From: Octopus vulgaris
Taxonomy: Eukaryota
DNA length: 64,000 bases
Direction of reading: 5' to 3'
Assembly (NCBI GenBank): GCA_951406725.2
Contig: OX597818.1
Coordinates: forward strand, 2,604,001 to 2,668,000
Shown one piece after another: positions 14,527 through 28,943 of this stretch (its first letter is position 1; each line of letters opens with the position of its first letter). The position numbers and the translations under genes are program-made. The notes under the pieces are model-generated. The model saw nothing but the letters and a program-made list of their open reading frames with translations. It did not search any database and was not told the origin of the DNA.

Positions 14527-14995
14527 TTTGTGAAATTTGATTTAGTATTTCTAAATTGAATTTTCCCTGTAAGTTTGGAATAATATTCCCTCATATTATT
14601 ATTATATAAATACATATATATATACATATAAATACATATATATATATACATAAAAATACATATATATATATATACATATAAATACATATATATATATACA
14701 TATAAATACATATATATATATACATATAAATACATATATATATTTACATATAAATACATATATATACATATAAATACATATATATATTTACATATAAATA
14801 CATATATATACATATAAATACATATATATATATATACATATAAATACATATATACATATACATATATACATATATACATATACATATATACATATATATA
14901 TACATATATATATATACATATATATATATACATATAAATACATATATACATATACATATATACATATATATATACATATACATATACATATATAC

Positions 14996-15046
<51 letters not shown>

Positions 15047-15171
15047 TATATACATATACATATACATATATACATATATATATATACATATATATATACA
15101 TATATATATACATATATATATACATATATATATATACATATATATACATATATATATACATATATATATAC

Positions 15172-15222
<51 letters not shown>

Positions 15223-15243
15223 TATATACATATATATATATAC

Positions 15244-15316
<73 letters not shown>

Positions 15317-15317
15317 C

Positions 15318-15674
<357 letters not shown>

Positions 15675-15682
15675 CATATATA

Positions 15683-15823
15683 TGATTTATTGATTCTAGT
15701 TTCAGCTTATGAGCTGTGGCCATGCTGGGGCACCGCCATTTGGTGTTGCTACTTGGTTTCACTTCATGGAGGCTTTCTAGCAACTGCTATTTGGTGCATG
15801 AGAGAGTTCGATGCAGCTGCCCT
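15683..15823 (-). mobile_element. Short 3'-end copy of the CR1-like LINE at 28943-30052
   Basis: Near-identical to 28955-29092 and 26619-26760. Confidence 0.9.
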
Positions 15824-15859
15824 CATATATATATATATGTATATATATATATACATATG

Positions 15860-15893
<34 letters not shown>

Positions 15894-15965
15894 CATATAC
15901 ACATATATATATATATGTATATACATATACACATATATATATATATATGTACATACATATATATG

Positions 15966-15996
<31 letters not shown>

Positions 15997-16007
15997 GTAT
16001 ACGTATA

Positions 16008-16038
<31 letters not shown>

Positions 16039-16130
16039 GTATACATATATATATGTATATATATATATATGTATATACATATATGTACACATATATACAT
16101 GTATACATATATACGTATATGTACATATAC

Positions 16131-16938
16131 TAGACGATTCACTAAATGCCAGTATCTTTTCACCGCTCTCACAGCAACCACCACAATTATCATCATCATC
16201 ATCACCACCGCTGCCACCATCGTCTTCTATCACCAAAAATACCAACAGAAAACCAAATAAGAAACCACTGCCCTCTTCCCCCACATCACCACCTCAATAC
16301 TACTGCAGTAACAAAAACTTAAAGAAACATAGGAAGCAGAATGCGCCCCCACGGCACAAACAAGAAATCCCCAAATATGCCGCTATTCACTGCGCCAGAG
16401 ACTCTGCACAAATAGTGACTGCATCTTCACGCATCTACCCGGCACTAGACGCACTACTGGCCAAGGCCAAAGCACGCATCCCACAATAACATCAACACCA
16501 CCAAATAGTAAATCGAAATTCAAAACACACACAACTCGGAGTCCCAAAATCTGCCGGTATTCCCAACGTGAGAGAACATGTCTACTGAGTGACTGTCCCT
16601 TCACTCATCTTCCAGGGACCCGACGCACAAACAGAAACGGGGCCTCAAGCCAACACACAAACCTGAATAACAATAAAAATAGAAACACACCATGCTGCAG
16701 TAATGCTGGTCCAGTCTTTTCAGGAAGACACAAAAACAACAACAACAAAAGTGGAAACTACAACCCTATCCAACAGTGCAACCACACCTCCAGCCAAAAA
16801 CTGCTCCCTAAGCAGGAAAATTCTTTTTTAGCCATGTTGAACATGGCAAAAGAGATACACAAAAACATTCTAGCCATCACTCAACACCATCCTATGCTAT
16901 TACCCCAGTGCACCAATTCCCCACATTGCTGCCACTAA
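16131..16938 (+). pseudogene. LINE ORF1 remnant with two tandem CCCH zinc fingers
   Basis: Manual translation: [26 protein letters not shown] (Cys at 16378) and [26 protein letters not shown] (Cys at 16552), in the same frame with a stop at 16936-16938. A frameshift near 16365 connects it to an upstream Pro/Ser-rich frame. Confidence 0.7.
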
Positions 16939-19900
16939 CACACACAAAAAATCCAAGCCCCCTGCAACAGTCAAAACCAGCCACTACACTAACCTCCACA
17001 TTCCTACTCAATGCACAAGGTGTCAGCCCTTCCATCAATGCACAAAAATGGAAGGTCCAATTCATTGAAGACTGGGTTGGTAACCATTCACACCACATCC
17101 CTTTCTTCATTCTCACTGAGACCCACCTTGACAACTCCCACTTGGAAGCCGAAGTGAGAGTGAAGAATTTCACAACCATCCGCGCGGATCGTATCGGCAG
17201 GAGGAAGGGTGGAACTGCCATTTTCCTGCATGATTCATTTACGGCAGATGGAAATAGTATATTCTCCAACGGCTACTGTGAATCAGTCACCGTGCACAAC
17301 AAAGCCAATGATCTGACAGTAATTGGACTCTATAGGCCGCCCCAAACACCCATACTGTGCTTTAAAGAATGCCTCAACAGCATTAAGTGCTTTATTCAAC
17401 AGTGCCATTCTAGCAACATACTCATGATGGGAGACTTCAATCTACCCTGTGTTGACTGGACTACAAACTGTTTGAAACCAAGCACTCCCGCCTCAACCGC
17501 TGACAAAGAAGCAGCAGAGTCACTTTTCGACTTTACGAATGAGTTTTTCTTGTCCCAACTTGTCCTTGCACCAACAAGACATCAGAACATTTTGGACCTA
17601 GTGTTTAGTAACCACACTAACACTATACATAACGTTACAGTGGAAAAAACCCTTCTTTCAGACCATGACATGGTTCTCTGTAACATGAAATTCCACCAGC
17701 CGAAAGCTAATCCTAGTGACCTTCCTCCAGCCCACCCATTTGACAACATGGATCTCCATAAAGCCAACTGGGATGCAATCAGGAACGAGCTATCAAATGT
17801 TAACTGGTCCTTTACACATACACACATCTCCACCAACCATAAAACATCTTGGCAGATCTTTGTAGACACCGTCACAGACATATGTGCAAAACACTCCCCA
17901 CCAAGACCTGTGAACAAAAAGTGCAGAATCCCCCAAAACAGAAAAACCATTATCAGAAAAATAAAAAGAACAAACAAAAAAATTAACAAACTAAAGTACT
18001 GCCAACAGCAACACACACATTCGACGGCTATCGCACTGCTTGAATCCAAAAAATATAACCTCCAACATTGCATGAAGTCCCTCATCAATAACCAAAGATC
18101 AGCTGAGGAGAAGTGGGCCATTGAAAAAATCAAACTCAACCCCAAAGTGTTCTTTTCATTTGCGAGGAAACGCAGGGTCACTGTCTCCACTGTAGGCCCT
18201 CTAATTGACGAAACTGGCACTCTCCAAGATAATGCCAAATCCATGGCCGAGATACTGCAGAAACAATACTGCTCTGTTTTCAGCAATCCTGATATGGCCG
18301 ATCTGGGCTGTATCAGTGATGTCAACCCCCAACACACTATATCGGACATAACGTTTAGTGCCCCTGATGTCTTAGCGGCGATAAACGAAATAAAACACAA
18401 TTCAGCAGTAGGCCCCGATAGGTTCCCTGCTTGTGTCCTGAAGGTGTGTCGACACCAACTTGCATCTCCCCTTGCTAATCTGTGGAGAAACTCACTGGAT
18501 GCTGGCTATATTCCAAAAACCTTCTGTCCCAGTCTGTTGTCCCAGTTTTCAAAAAGGGAAACAAGTCCCTTGCAGTGAATTACCGTCCGATCTCACTCAC
18601 CTCTCATATCATCAAGGTATTTGAGAGGGTGGTGAGATCTCAAATAACCCAATTTCTGGAAAGCAACAGACGGCTGATCTCCAACCAACATGGGTTCCGT
18701 AATGGAAGGGACTGCCTAACGCAGCTCCTGCATCACTTTGAGGACATTTTGAGAGCTTTGGGAGAGGGCTCCAACACCGATGTCATCTACCTTGATTTCA
18801 GTAAGGCCTTCGACAGGGTCGATCACAAGATCCTATTGAAAAAACTATCCAACATTGGTGTCTCTGGAAAGTTACTGAAATGGATTAAGTGTTTCCTGAC
18901 AGACAGATCTCAACATGTTGTAGTTGAAGGGATAAAATCAAGCCCAGCCAAAGTCAGTAGTGGCGTTCCGCAAGGCACTGTGCTGGGCCCACTTCTTTTC
19001 ATCATTTACATTAATGACATTAATGACATCATCAAGCACAGCAACATAAAAATCTTTGCAGATGACTCCAAGCTACAGAAGGTCATAAATGAGGCGAGTG
19101 ACCGGACATGCCTTCAGTCAGATCTACTGGCTGTTATCCAATGGGCAGAAAAAAACAATATGCTGCTGAACGAGGATAAATTTGAGCTAATCCACTTTGG
19201 AAAAGAGGATGCCCTGAAACTCCCATACTCCCTTCCTTCAGGTGAAACTCTCACGGCGTCCAACAACATCAGAGACTTGGGAGTAATTGTGGACAACAAC
19301 GTAAGCTGGGCCACTCATATAAACACCAAAGTTGACATGGCCCGCAGAATGTGTTCCTGGATTCTCAGAACTTTCCAGTCGAGAGATATCCACACCATTA
19401 TCCTTCTCTTCTCCACTTTTGCCCGACCCCACCTTGAATACTGTTGTCCACTGTGGTCTCCCCACACAATACAAGGTATCATAAAAGTCGAAGCACCTCA
19501 AAGGGCAATCACAAAAAAGATAGATGGCATGACAGGCCTCGACTATTGGGGTCGACTAGAAAAGCTAAAACTCTATTCTCTCCAACGTCGTCGTGAGCGC
19601 TACATCATCTGCATGATGTGGAAAATATTCCATCAGCATTGCCCAAATGATGTTGGCATCACCTTTAAGGTACATCCAAGGCTTGGGCCCCGTGCCATCC
19701 GCCCAAAACAAAAATCGCACTCTCATCTCATAACAACAATACGGCACAATTATTTCACCTCAATTGGCCCCGCTCTCTTTAACATTACACCAAAACACAT
19801 TAAAACAGAAACTGACCCTATAGGGTTCAAGAAGTCTTTGGACAGATTCCTTCAAGAAATCCCGGATAAACCCCCTACACCCGGATATGTCTCTGTAAAC

Positions 19901-19942
19901 AATAACTCTCTACTTGAGTGGGCCATAGTGCCCAAATTCTGA
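16908..19942 (+). CDS. LINE ORF2 (APE endonuclease plus reverse transcriptase), split by one -1 frameshift at ~18515
   Basis: APE: LTETHL, RADR..RKGGT, YRPP, GDFNLP, LDLVF, SDH. RT: [44 protein letters not shown]. The frameshift sits in an A-run (CCAAAAAC). Confidence 0.92.
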
Positions 19943-20078
19943 CTTGAAAGACTTCACCAGGTGGTGCTATTAAGTTAGACATGGCCTGGGCCAATAATGG
20001 CCGAAACCTATCAAAGTATCAAAGTATCAAAGTATACGTATATGTATACATATATATATGTATACATATATATATATG

Positions 20079-20114
<36 letters not shown>

Positions 20115-20213
20115 TGTATACATATATATGTACATATATATATATATGTATATATATATATATGTATACATATACACATATGTACATATACACACATATG
20201 CACACATACATAC

Positions 20214-20249
<36 letters not shown>

Positions 20250-20273
20250 GTATATATATATATATACGTATAC

Positions 20274-20304
<31 letters not shown>

Positions 20305-20327
20305 TACATGTATATATATATATATGT

Positions 20328-20378
<51 letters not shown>

Positions 20379-20426
20379 CATAAGGGACTAAAGTATATAT
20401 ATATATACATGTTGCATATATATATA

Positions 20427-23400
20427 CATCGACGTCACCAGAAAGGCTCGACACCGTCACGGTGCCCTAAACCATGCAAAGGGAGGTAATATCCCCGATG
20501 AAGCGGAAACCACACACGGACCATGGTTTCAAGGTGTATTCCTATCATCGGCGTGTGGTAGGCCTCCGCTTCCTCGACGAATTCTCACTATGCAGGATTT
20601 GTTATATAGATTTTCAAGCAAAATACATTTGCTGATTTCGAAAATCTGTTCGAAAGCAATAATAATTCTCTAAAAGGGATACAGTAACTGCTCGATAACA
20701 TAAGGGACTAAAGCCATCTGAATATGGCTAGGGACAGGGCAGGGTGGTGGGGTGTTACTGTTGCATTTAGCCCCAGGCGAACATCGACGTCACCAGAAAG
20801 GCTCGACACCGTCACGGTGCCCTAAACCTGCAAAGGGAGGTAATTCCCCGATGAAGCGGAAACCACACACGGACCATGGTTTCAAGGTGTATTGCCTATC
20901 ATCGGCGTGTGGTAGGCCTCCGCTTCCTCGACGAATTCTCACTATGCAGGATTTGTTATATAGATTTTCAAGCAAAATACATTTGCTGATTTCGAAAATC
21001 TGTTCGAAAGCAATAATAATTCTCTAAAAGGGATATAGACAGTAACTGCTCGATAACATAAGGGACTAAAGCCATCTGAATATGGCTAGGGACAGGGCAG
21101 GGTGGTGGGGGTGTTACTGTTGCATTTAGCCCCAGGCGAACATCGACGTCACCAGAAAGGCTCGACACCGTCACGGTGCCCTAAACCTGCAAAGGGAGGT
21201 AATTCCCCGATGAAGCGGAAACCACACACGGACCATGGTTTCAAGGTGTATTGCCTATCATCGGCGTGTGGTAGGCCTCCGCTTCCTCGACGAATTCTCA
21301 CTATGCAGGATTTGTTATATAGATTTTCAAGCAAAATACATTTGCTGATTTCGAAAATCTGTTCGAAAGCAATAATAATTCTCTAAAAGGGATATAGACA
21401 GTAACTGCTCGATAACATAAGGGACTAAAGCCATCTGAATATGGCTAGGGACAGGGCAGGGTGGTGGGGGTGTTACTGTTGCATTTAGCCCCAGGCGAAC
21501 ATCGACGTCACCAGAAAGGCTCGACACCGTCACGGTGCCCTAAACCTGCAAAGGGAGGTAATTCCCCGATGAAGCGGAAACCACACACGGACCATGGTTT
21601 CAAGGTGTATTGCCTATCATCGGCGTGTGGTAGGCCTCCGCTTCCTCGACGAATTCTCACTATGCAGGATTTGTTATATAGATTTTCAAGCAAAATACAT
21701 TTGCTGATTTCGAAAATCTGTTCGAAAGCAATAATAATTCTCTAAAAGGGATATAGACAGTAACTGCTCGATAACATAAGGGACTAAAGCCATCTGAATA
21801 TGGCTAGGGACAGGGCAGGGTGGTGGGGGTGTTACTGTTGCATTTAGCCCCAGGCGAACATCGACGTCACCAGAAAGGCTCGACACCGTCACGGTGCCCT
21901 AAACCTGCAAAGGGAGGTAATTCCCCGATGAAGCGGAAACCACACACGGACCATGGTTTCAAGGTGTATTGCCTATCATCGGCGTGTGGTAGGCCTCCGC
22001 TTCCTCGACGAATTCTCACTATGCAGGATTTGTTATATAGATTTTCAAGCAAAATACATTTGCTGATTTCGAAAATCTGTTCGAAAGCAATAATAATTCT
22101 CTAAAAGGGATATAGACAGTAACTGCTCGATAACATAAGGGACTAAAGCCATCTGAATATGGCTAGGGACAGGGCAGGGTGGTGGGGGTGTTACTGTTGC
22201 ATTTAGCCCCAGGCGAACATCGACGTCACCAGAAAGGCTCGACACCGTCACGGTGCCCTAAACCTGCAAGGGGAGGTAATTCCCCGATGAAGCGGGCGGA
22301 AACCACACACGGACCATGGTTTCAAGGTGTATTGCCTATCATCGGCGTGTGGTAGGCCTCCGCTTCCTCGACGAATTCTCACTATGCAGGATTTGTTATA
22401 TAGATTTTCAAGCAAAATACATTTGCTGATTTCGAAAATCTGTTCGAAAGCAATAATAATTCTCTAAAAGGGATATAGACAGTAACTGCTCGATAACATA
22501 AGGGACTAAAGCCATCTGAATATGGCTAGGGACAGGGCAGGGTGGTGGGGGTGTTACTGTTGCATTTAGCCCCAGGCGAACATCGACGTCACCAGAAAGG
22601 CTCGACACCGTCACGGTGCCCTGCAAACCTGCAAAGGGAGGTAATTCCCCGATGAAAACCACACACGGACCATGGTTTCCAAGGTGCCATTGCCTATCAT
22701 CGGCGTGTGGTAGGCCTCCGCTTCCTCGACGAATTCTCACTATGCAGGATTTGTTATATAGATTTTCAAGCAAAATACATTTGCTGATTTCGAAAATCTG
22801 TTCGGAAGCAATAATAATTCTCTAAAAGGGATATAGACAGTAACTGCTCGATAACATAAGGGACTAAAGCCATCTGAATATGGCTAGGGACAGGGCAGGG
22901 TGGTGGGGGTGTTACTGTTGCATTTAGCCCCAGGCGAACATCGACGTCACCAGAAAGGCTCGACACCGTCACGGTGCCCTAAACCTGCAAAGGGAGGTAA
23001 TTCCCCGATGAAGCGGAAACCACACACGGACCATGGTTTCAAGGTGTATTGCCTATCATCGGCGTGTGGTGAGCCCTCCGCTTCCTCGACGAATTCTCAC
23101 TATGCAGGATTTGTTATATAGATTTTCAAGCAAAATACATTTGCTGATTTCGAAAATCTGTTCGAAAGCAATAATAATTCTCTAAAAGGGATATAGACAG
23201 TAACTGCTCGATAACATAAGGGACTAAAGCCATCTGAATATGGCTAGGGACAGGGCAGGGTGGTGGGGGTGTTACTGTTGCATTTAGCCCCAGGCGAACA
23301 TCGACGTCACCAGAAAGGCTCGACACCGTCACGGTGCCCTAAACCTGCAAAGGGAGGTAATTCCCCGATGAAGCGGAAACCACACACGGACCATGGTTTC

Positions 23401-23790
23401 AAGGTGTATTGCCTATCATCGGCGTGTGGTAGGCCTCCGCTTCCTCGACGAATTCTCACTATGCAGGATTTGTTATAGTAGATTTTCAAGCAAAATACAT
23501 TTGCTGATTTCGAAAATCTGTTCGAAACTGCTCGCATACCGGACCTCAAATGCCATCTGAAAAAATATGGCTAGGGACCAGGGCAGGGTGGGGGTAAGAC
23601 ATATATAGCCCCAGTCCCTGGCCATGCATATAGATGGCTTTATAGTCTGTGTTATCGGTAGTCCCATAAACCTGTCACAGGAGTGTACATGAAGTGTGAC
23701 ATATACCATGGTTCAAGGTAGTTGTGCCCTATAGATCGGCGTGGTAGCGTCTCCTCGACGATATACATGTGCGAGGATTTGTATATATAG
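20427..23790 (-). repeat. Tandem array of a 359-bp hammerhead-containing unit (~9 good copies plus 1 degraded)
   Basis: Identical ORF-track peptides recur at 20790, 21149, 21508 and 21867 (period 359). Each unit has one type I hammerhead on the minus strand. Confidence 0.95.
21212..21285 (-). ncRNA. Extended type I hammerhead ribozyme (representative array copy) with variant core
   Basis: GAAGCGGAGGCC-TAC-CACACG CCGATGA T-AGG-CAATACA-CCT-T GAAA CCATGG TC^CGTGTG-T-GGTTTCCGCTTC. Predicted cut between + positions 21230 and 21231. Confidence 0.8.
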
Positions 23791-23814
23791 ATATATATAT
23801 AATATAAATATACA

Positions 23815-23861
<47 letters not shown>

Positions 23862-23878
23862 GTATATATATACATATG

Positions 23879-23922
<44 letters not shown>

Positions 23923-24046
23923 CTGTCTATATATATCAGTTACTGTATATATATATATACATATATATATAGATATATATATCGATCATATATGTATATG
24001 ACATATATATATGTATATATATGCCTGCATAGTGATATATGTATAC

Positions 24047-25325
24047 CACCACGCCGATGATAGTATACACCTATGAAACCATGGTCCGTGTGTGGTTTCC
24101 GCTTCATCGGGGAATTACCTCCCTTTGCAGGTTTAGGGCACCGTGACGGTGTCGAGCCTTTCTGGTGACGTCGATGTTCGCCTGGGCTAAATGCAACAGT
24201 AACACCCCCACCACCCTGCCCTGTCCCTAGCCATATTCAGATGGCTTTAGTCCCTTATGTTATCGAGCAGTTACTGTCTATATCCCTTTTAGAGAATTAT
24301 TATTGCGATTTTCGAACAGATTTTCGAAATCAGCAAATGTATTTTGCTTGAAAATCTATATAACAAATCCTGCATAGTGAGAATTCGTCGAGGAAGCGGA
24401 GGCCTACCACACGCCGATGATAGGCAATACCCTTGAAACCATGGTCCGTGTGTGGTTTCCGCTTCATCGGGGAATTACCTCCCTTTGCAGGTTTAGGGCA
24501 CCGTGACGGTGTCGAGCCTTTCTGGTGACGTCGATGTTCGCCTGGGGGCTAAATGCAACAGTAACACCCCCACCACCCTGCCCTGTCCCTAGCCATATTC
24601 AGATGGCTTTAGTCCCTTATGTTATCCGAGTAGTTACTGTCTATATCCCTTTTAGAGAATTATTATTGGCTTTCGAACAGATTTTCGAAATCAGCAAATG
24701 TATTTTGCTTGAAAATCTATATAACAAATCCTGCATAGTGAGAATTCGTCCGAGGAAGCGAGGCCTACCACACGCCGATGATAGGCAATACACCTTGAAA
24801 CCATGGTCCGTGTGTGGTTTCCGCTTCATCGGGCAGGTTTAGGGCACCGTGACGGTGTCGAGCCTTTCTGGTGACGTCGATGTTCGCCTGGGGCTAAATG
24901 CAACAGTAACACCCCCACCACCCTGCCCTGTCCCTAGCCATATTCAGATGGCTTTAGTCCCTTATGTTATCGAGCAGTTACTGTCTATATCCCTTTTAGA
25001 GAATTATTATTGCTTTCGAACAGATTTTCGAAATCAGCAAATGTATTTTGCTTGAAAATCTATATATACATAATCCTATAGTAGATATTCGTATAAGCGG
25101 AGGCTACCACACGCCGATATAGGCATATATATATATGAAACCATGGTCCGTGTGTGGTTTCCGCTTCATCGGGAATTACCTCCTTGCAGGTTTAGGGCAC
25201 CGTGACGGTGTCGAGCCTTTCTGGTGACGTCGATGTTCGCCTGGGGCTAAATAGTCAACCCCCACCACCCTGCCCTGTCTTACCTAGCCATATTCAGATG
25301 TTTAGTCCCTTATGTTATCGAGCAG
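24047..25325 (+). repeat. Inverted continuation of the 359-bp array (~3.5 copies, more degraded)
   Basis: Reverse complement of the unit. Hammerhead example at 24393-24465. Confidence 0.92.
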
Positions 25326-25365
25326 TGTGTGTATATTTTAGACATATAGCATATATATCCCTTAG

Positions 25366-25399
<34 letters not shown>

Positions 25400-25400
25400 T

Positions 25401-25440
<40 letters not shown>

Positions 25441-25458
25441 ACACATATATACATATAT

Positions 25459-25517
<59 letters not shown>

Positions 25518-25599
25518 CATATATATATATGTGTACATATATATATATAACATATATACATATATATATACATACACATATTTCATATATACATATTAT

Positions 25600-27446
<1,847 letters not shown>

Positions 27447-27478
27447 GTGTGTGTGATTGTGTATAGAAGAATATATTA

Positions 27479-27902
27479 ATAAAAAGAATTCCAACCTTGT
27501 CTGATTTTCACGTTTTATTTACAATCTTATAATGATATATTATAAGATAATATATTATAATTGAATAAAATAAAATGAAATAGTAGAATGTTAAATATTC
27601 ATTCTGATTGAACTAGTACTTTCATGCATTGAATTCTGCAATCTTCGGTTCATGTAGTAGTTGACAGTCATGCTTCACAATTTTTGACTGTCAAAAATTG
27701 TGAAGCATGACTGTCAACACTACTACATGAACCCGAAGATTGCAGAATTCAATGCATGAAAGTACTAGTTCAATCAGAATGAATATTTAACATTCTACTA
27801 TTTCATTTTATTTTATTCAATTATAATATATTATCTTATAATATATCATTATAAGATTGTAAATAAAACGTGAAAATCAGACAAGGTTGGAATTCTTTTT
27901 AT
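27479..27902. repeat. Near-perfect palindrome with ~210-bp arms and a 1-nt centre at 27689
   Basis: ...cacaatttttgac T gtcaaaaattgtg..., with only two small indels between the arms. Confidence 0.95.
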
Positions 27903-27903
27903 A

Positions 27904-27942
<39 letters not shown>

Positions 27943-28082
27943 TATGTGCATATATATACATATATATATATGTGTACATATATATATATATACATATATA
28001 CATATATATACACATACACATACATATATACATATATATGTATATATATATATATATATATACATGTATATATATATACATG

Positions 28083-28135
<53 letters not shown>

Positions 28136-28286
28136 ATATATACACATGTATATATATATACATATATATATACACATACAATATATATATATATATTTTT
28201 TGTGCATATATATATATATATATATGTGTACATATATATATATACATATATACATATATATACACATACACATACATATATACATA

Positions 28287-28331
<45 letters not shown>

Positions 28332-28334
28332 GCA

Positions 28335-28382
<48 letters not shown>

Positions 28383-28442
28383 CATGTATATATATATACA
28401 TATATATATATGTATACATATATATATGTATATATATATATG

Positions 28443-28487
<45 letters not shown>

Positions 28488-28528
28488 GTATATATATATA
28501 TGTACATATATATATATATATATATATA

Positions 28529-28575
<47 letters not shown>

Positions 28576-28579
28576 GTAC

Positions 28580-28617
<38 letters not shown>

Positions 28618-28635
28618 GTATATATATATATGTAC

Positions 28636-28671
<36 letters not shown>

Positions 28672-28791
28672 GTATATATATATATGTATATATATACATA
28701 TGTATATATATATATATGTATATATATATGTACATATATATATATATATATATATACATATGTATATATATATATATATATATATACATAT

Positions 28792-28830
<39 letters not shown>

Positions 28831-28844
28831 CATATATGTATATA

Positions 28845-28900
<56 letters not shown>

Positions 28901-28908
28901 CATATATG

Positions 28909-28942
<34 letters not shown>

Positions 28943-28943
<1 letters not shown>

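Larger units (their letters stand above)
16131..20032 (+). mobile_element. Near-intact CR1/L2-group LINE (ORF1 remnant plus APE-RT ORF2) with (ATCAAAGT)n tail
   Basis: ORFs listed below. Tail at 20010-20032. Candidate TSD TATAC at 16126-16130 and 20033-20037. Empty site at 27032-27037. Confidence 0.95.

Noticed and set aside
17582-18400. 272-aa minus-strand ORF
   Set aside because: Antisense shadow of LINE ORF2 with no independent motif.
21040-21125. Twister or HDV-like ribozyme elsewhere in the unit (ACAGTAAC/GTTACTGT domain)
   Set aside because: I could not find the required pseudoknot pairings by eye.
21203-21247. Second hammerhead on the opposite strand of the array unit (CCGATGA AGCG GAAA CCA...TGGTT)
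   Set aside because: No stem II and no stem I pairing. It is a by-product of the self-complementary rod.
20752-23549. Repeated 61-94 aa ORFs in the 359-bp array
   Set aside because: No recognisable domain, the unit length is not a multiple of 3 and they occur on both strands. RNA structure explains the unit better.
20427-25325. Array as CRISPR, 5S rRNA, snRNA or tRNA cluster
   Set aside because: No repeat-spacer alternation, and I could not match the unit to 5S, U snRNA or tRNA sequence or to convincing A/B boxes.
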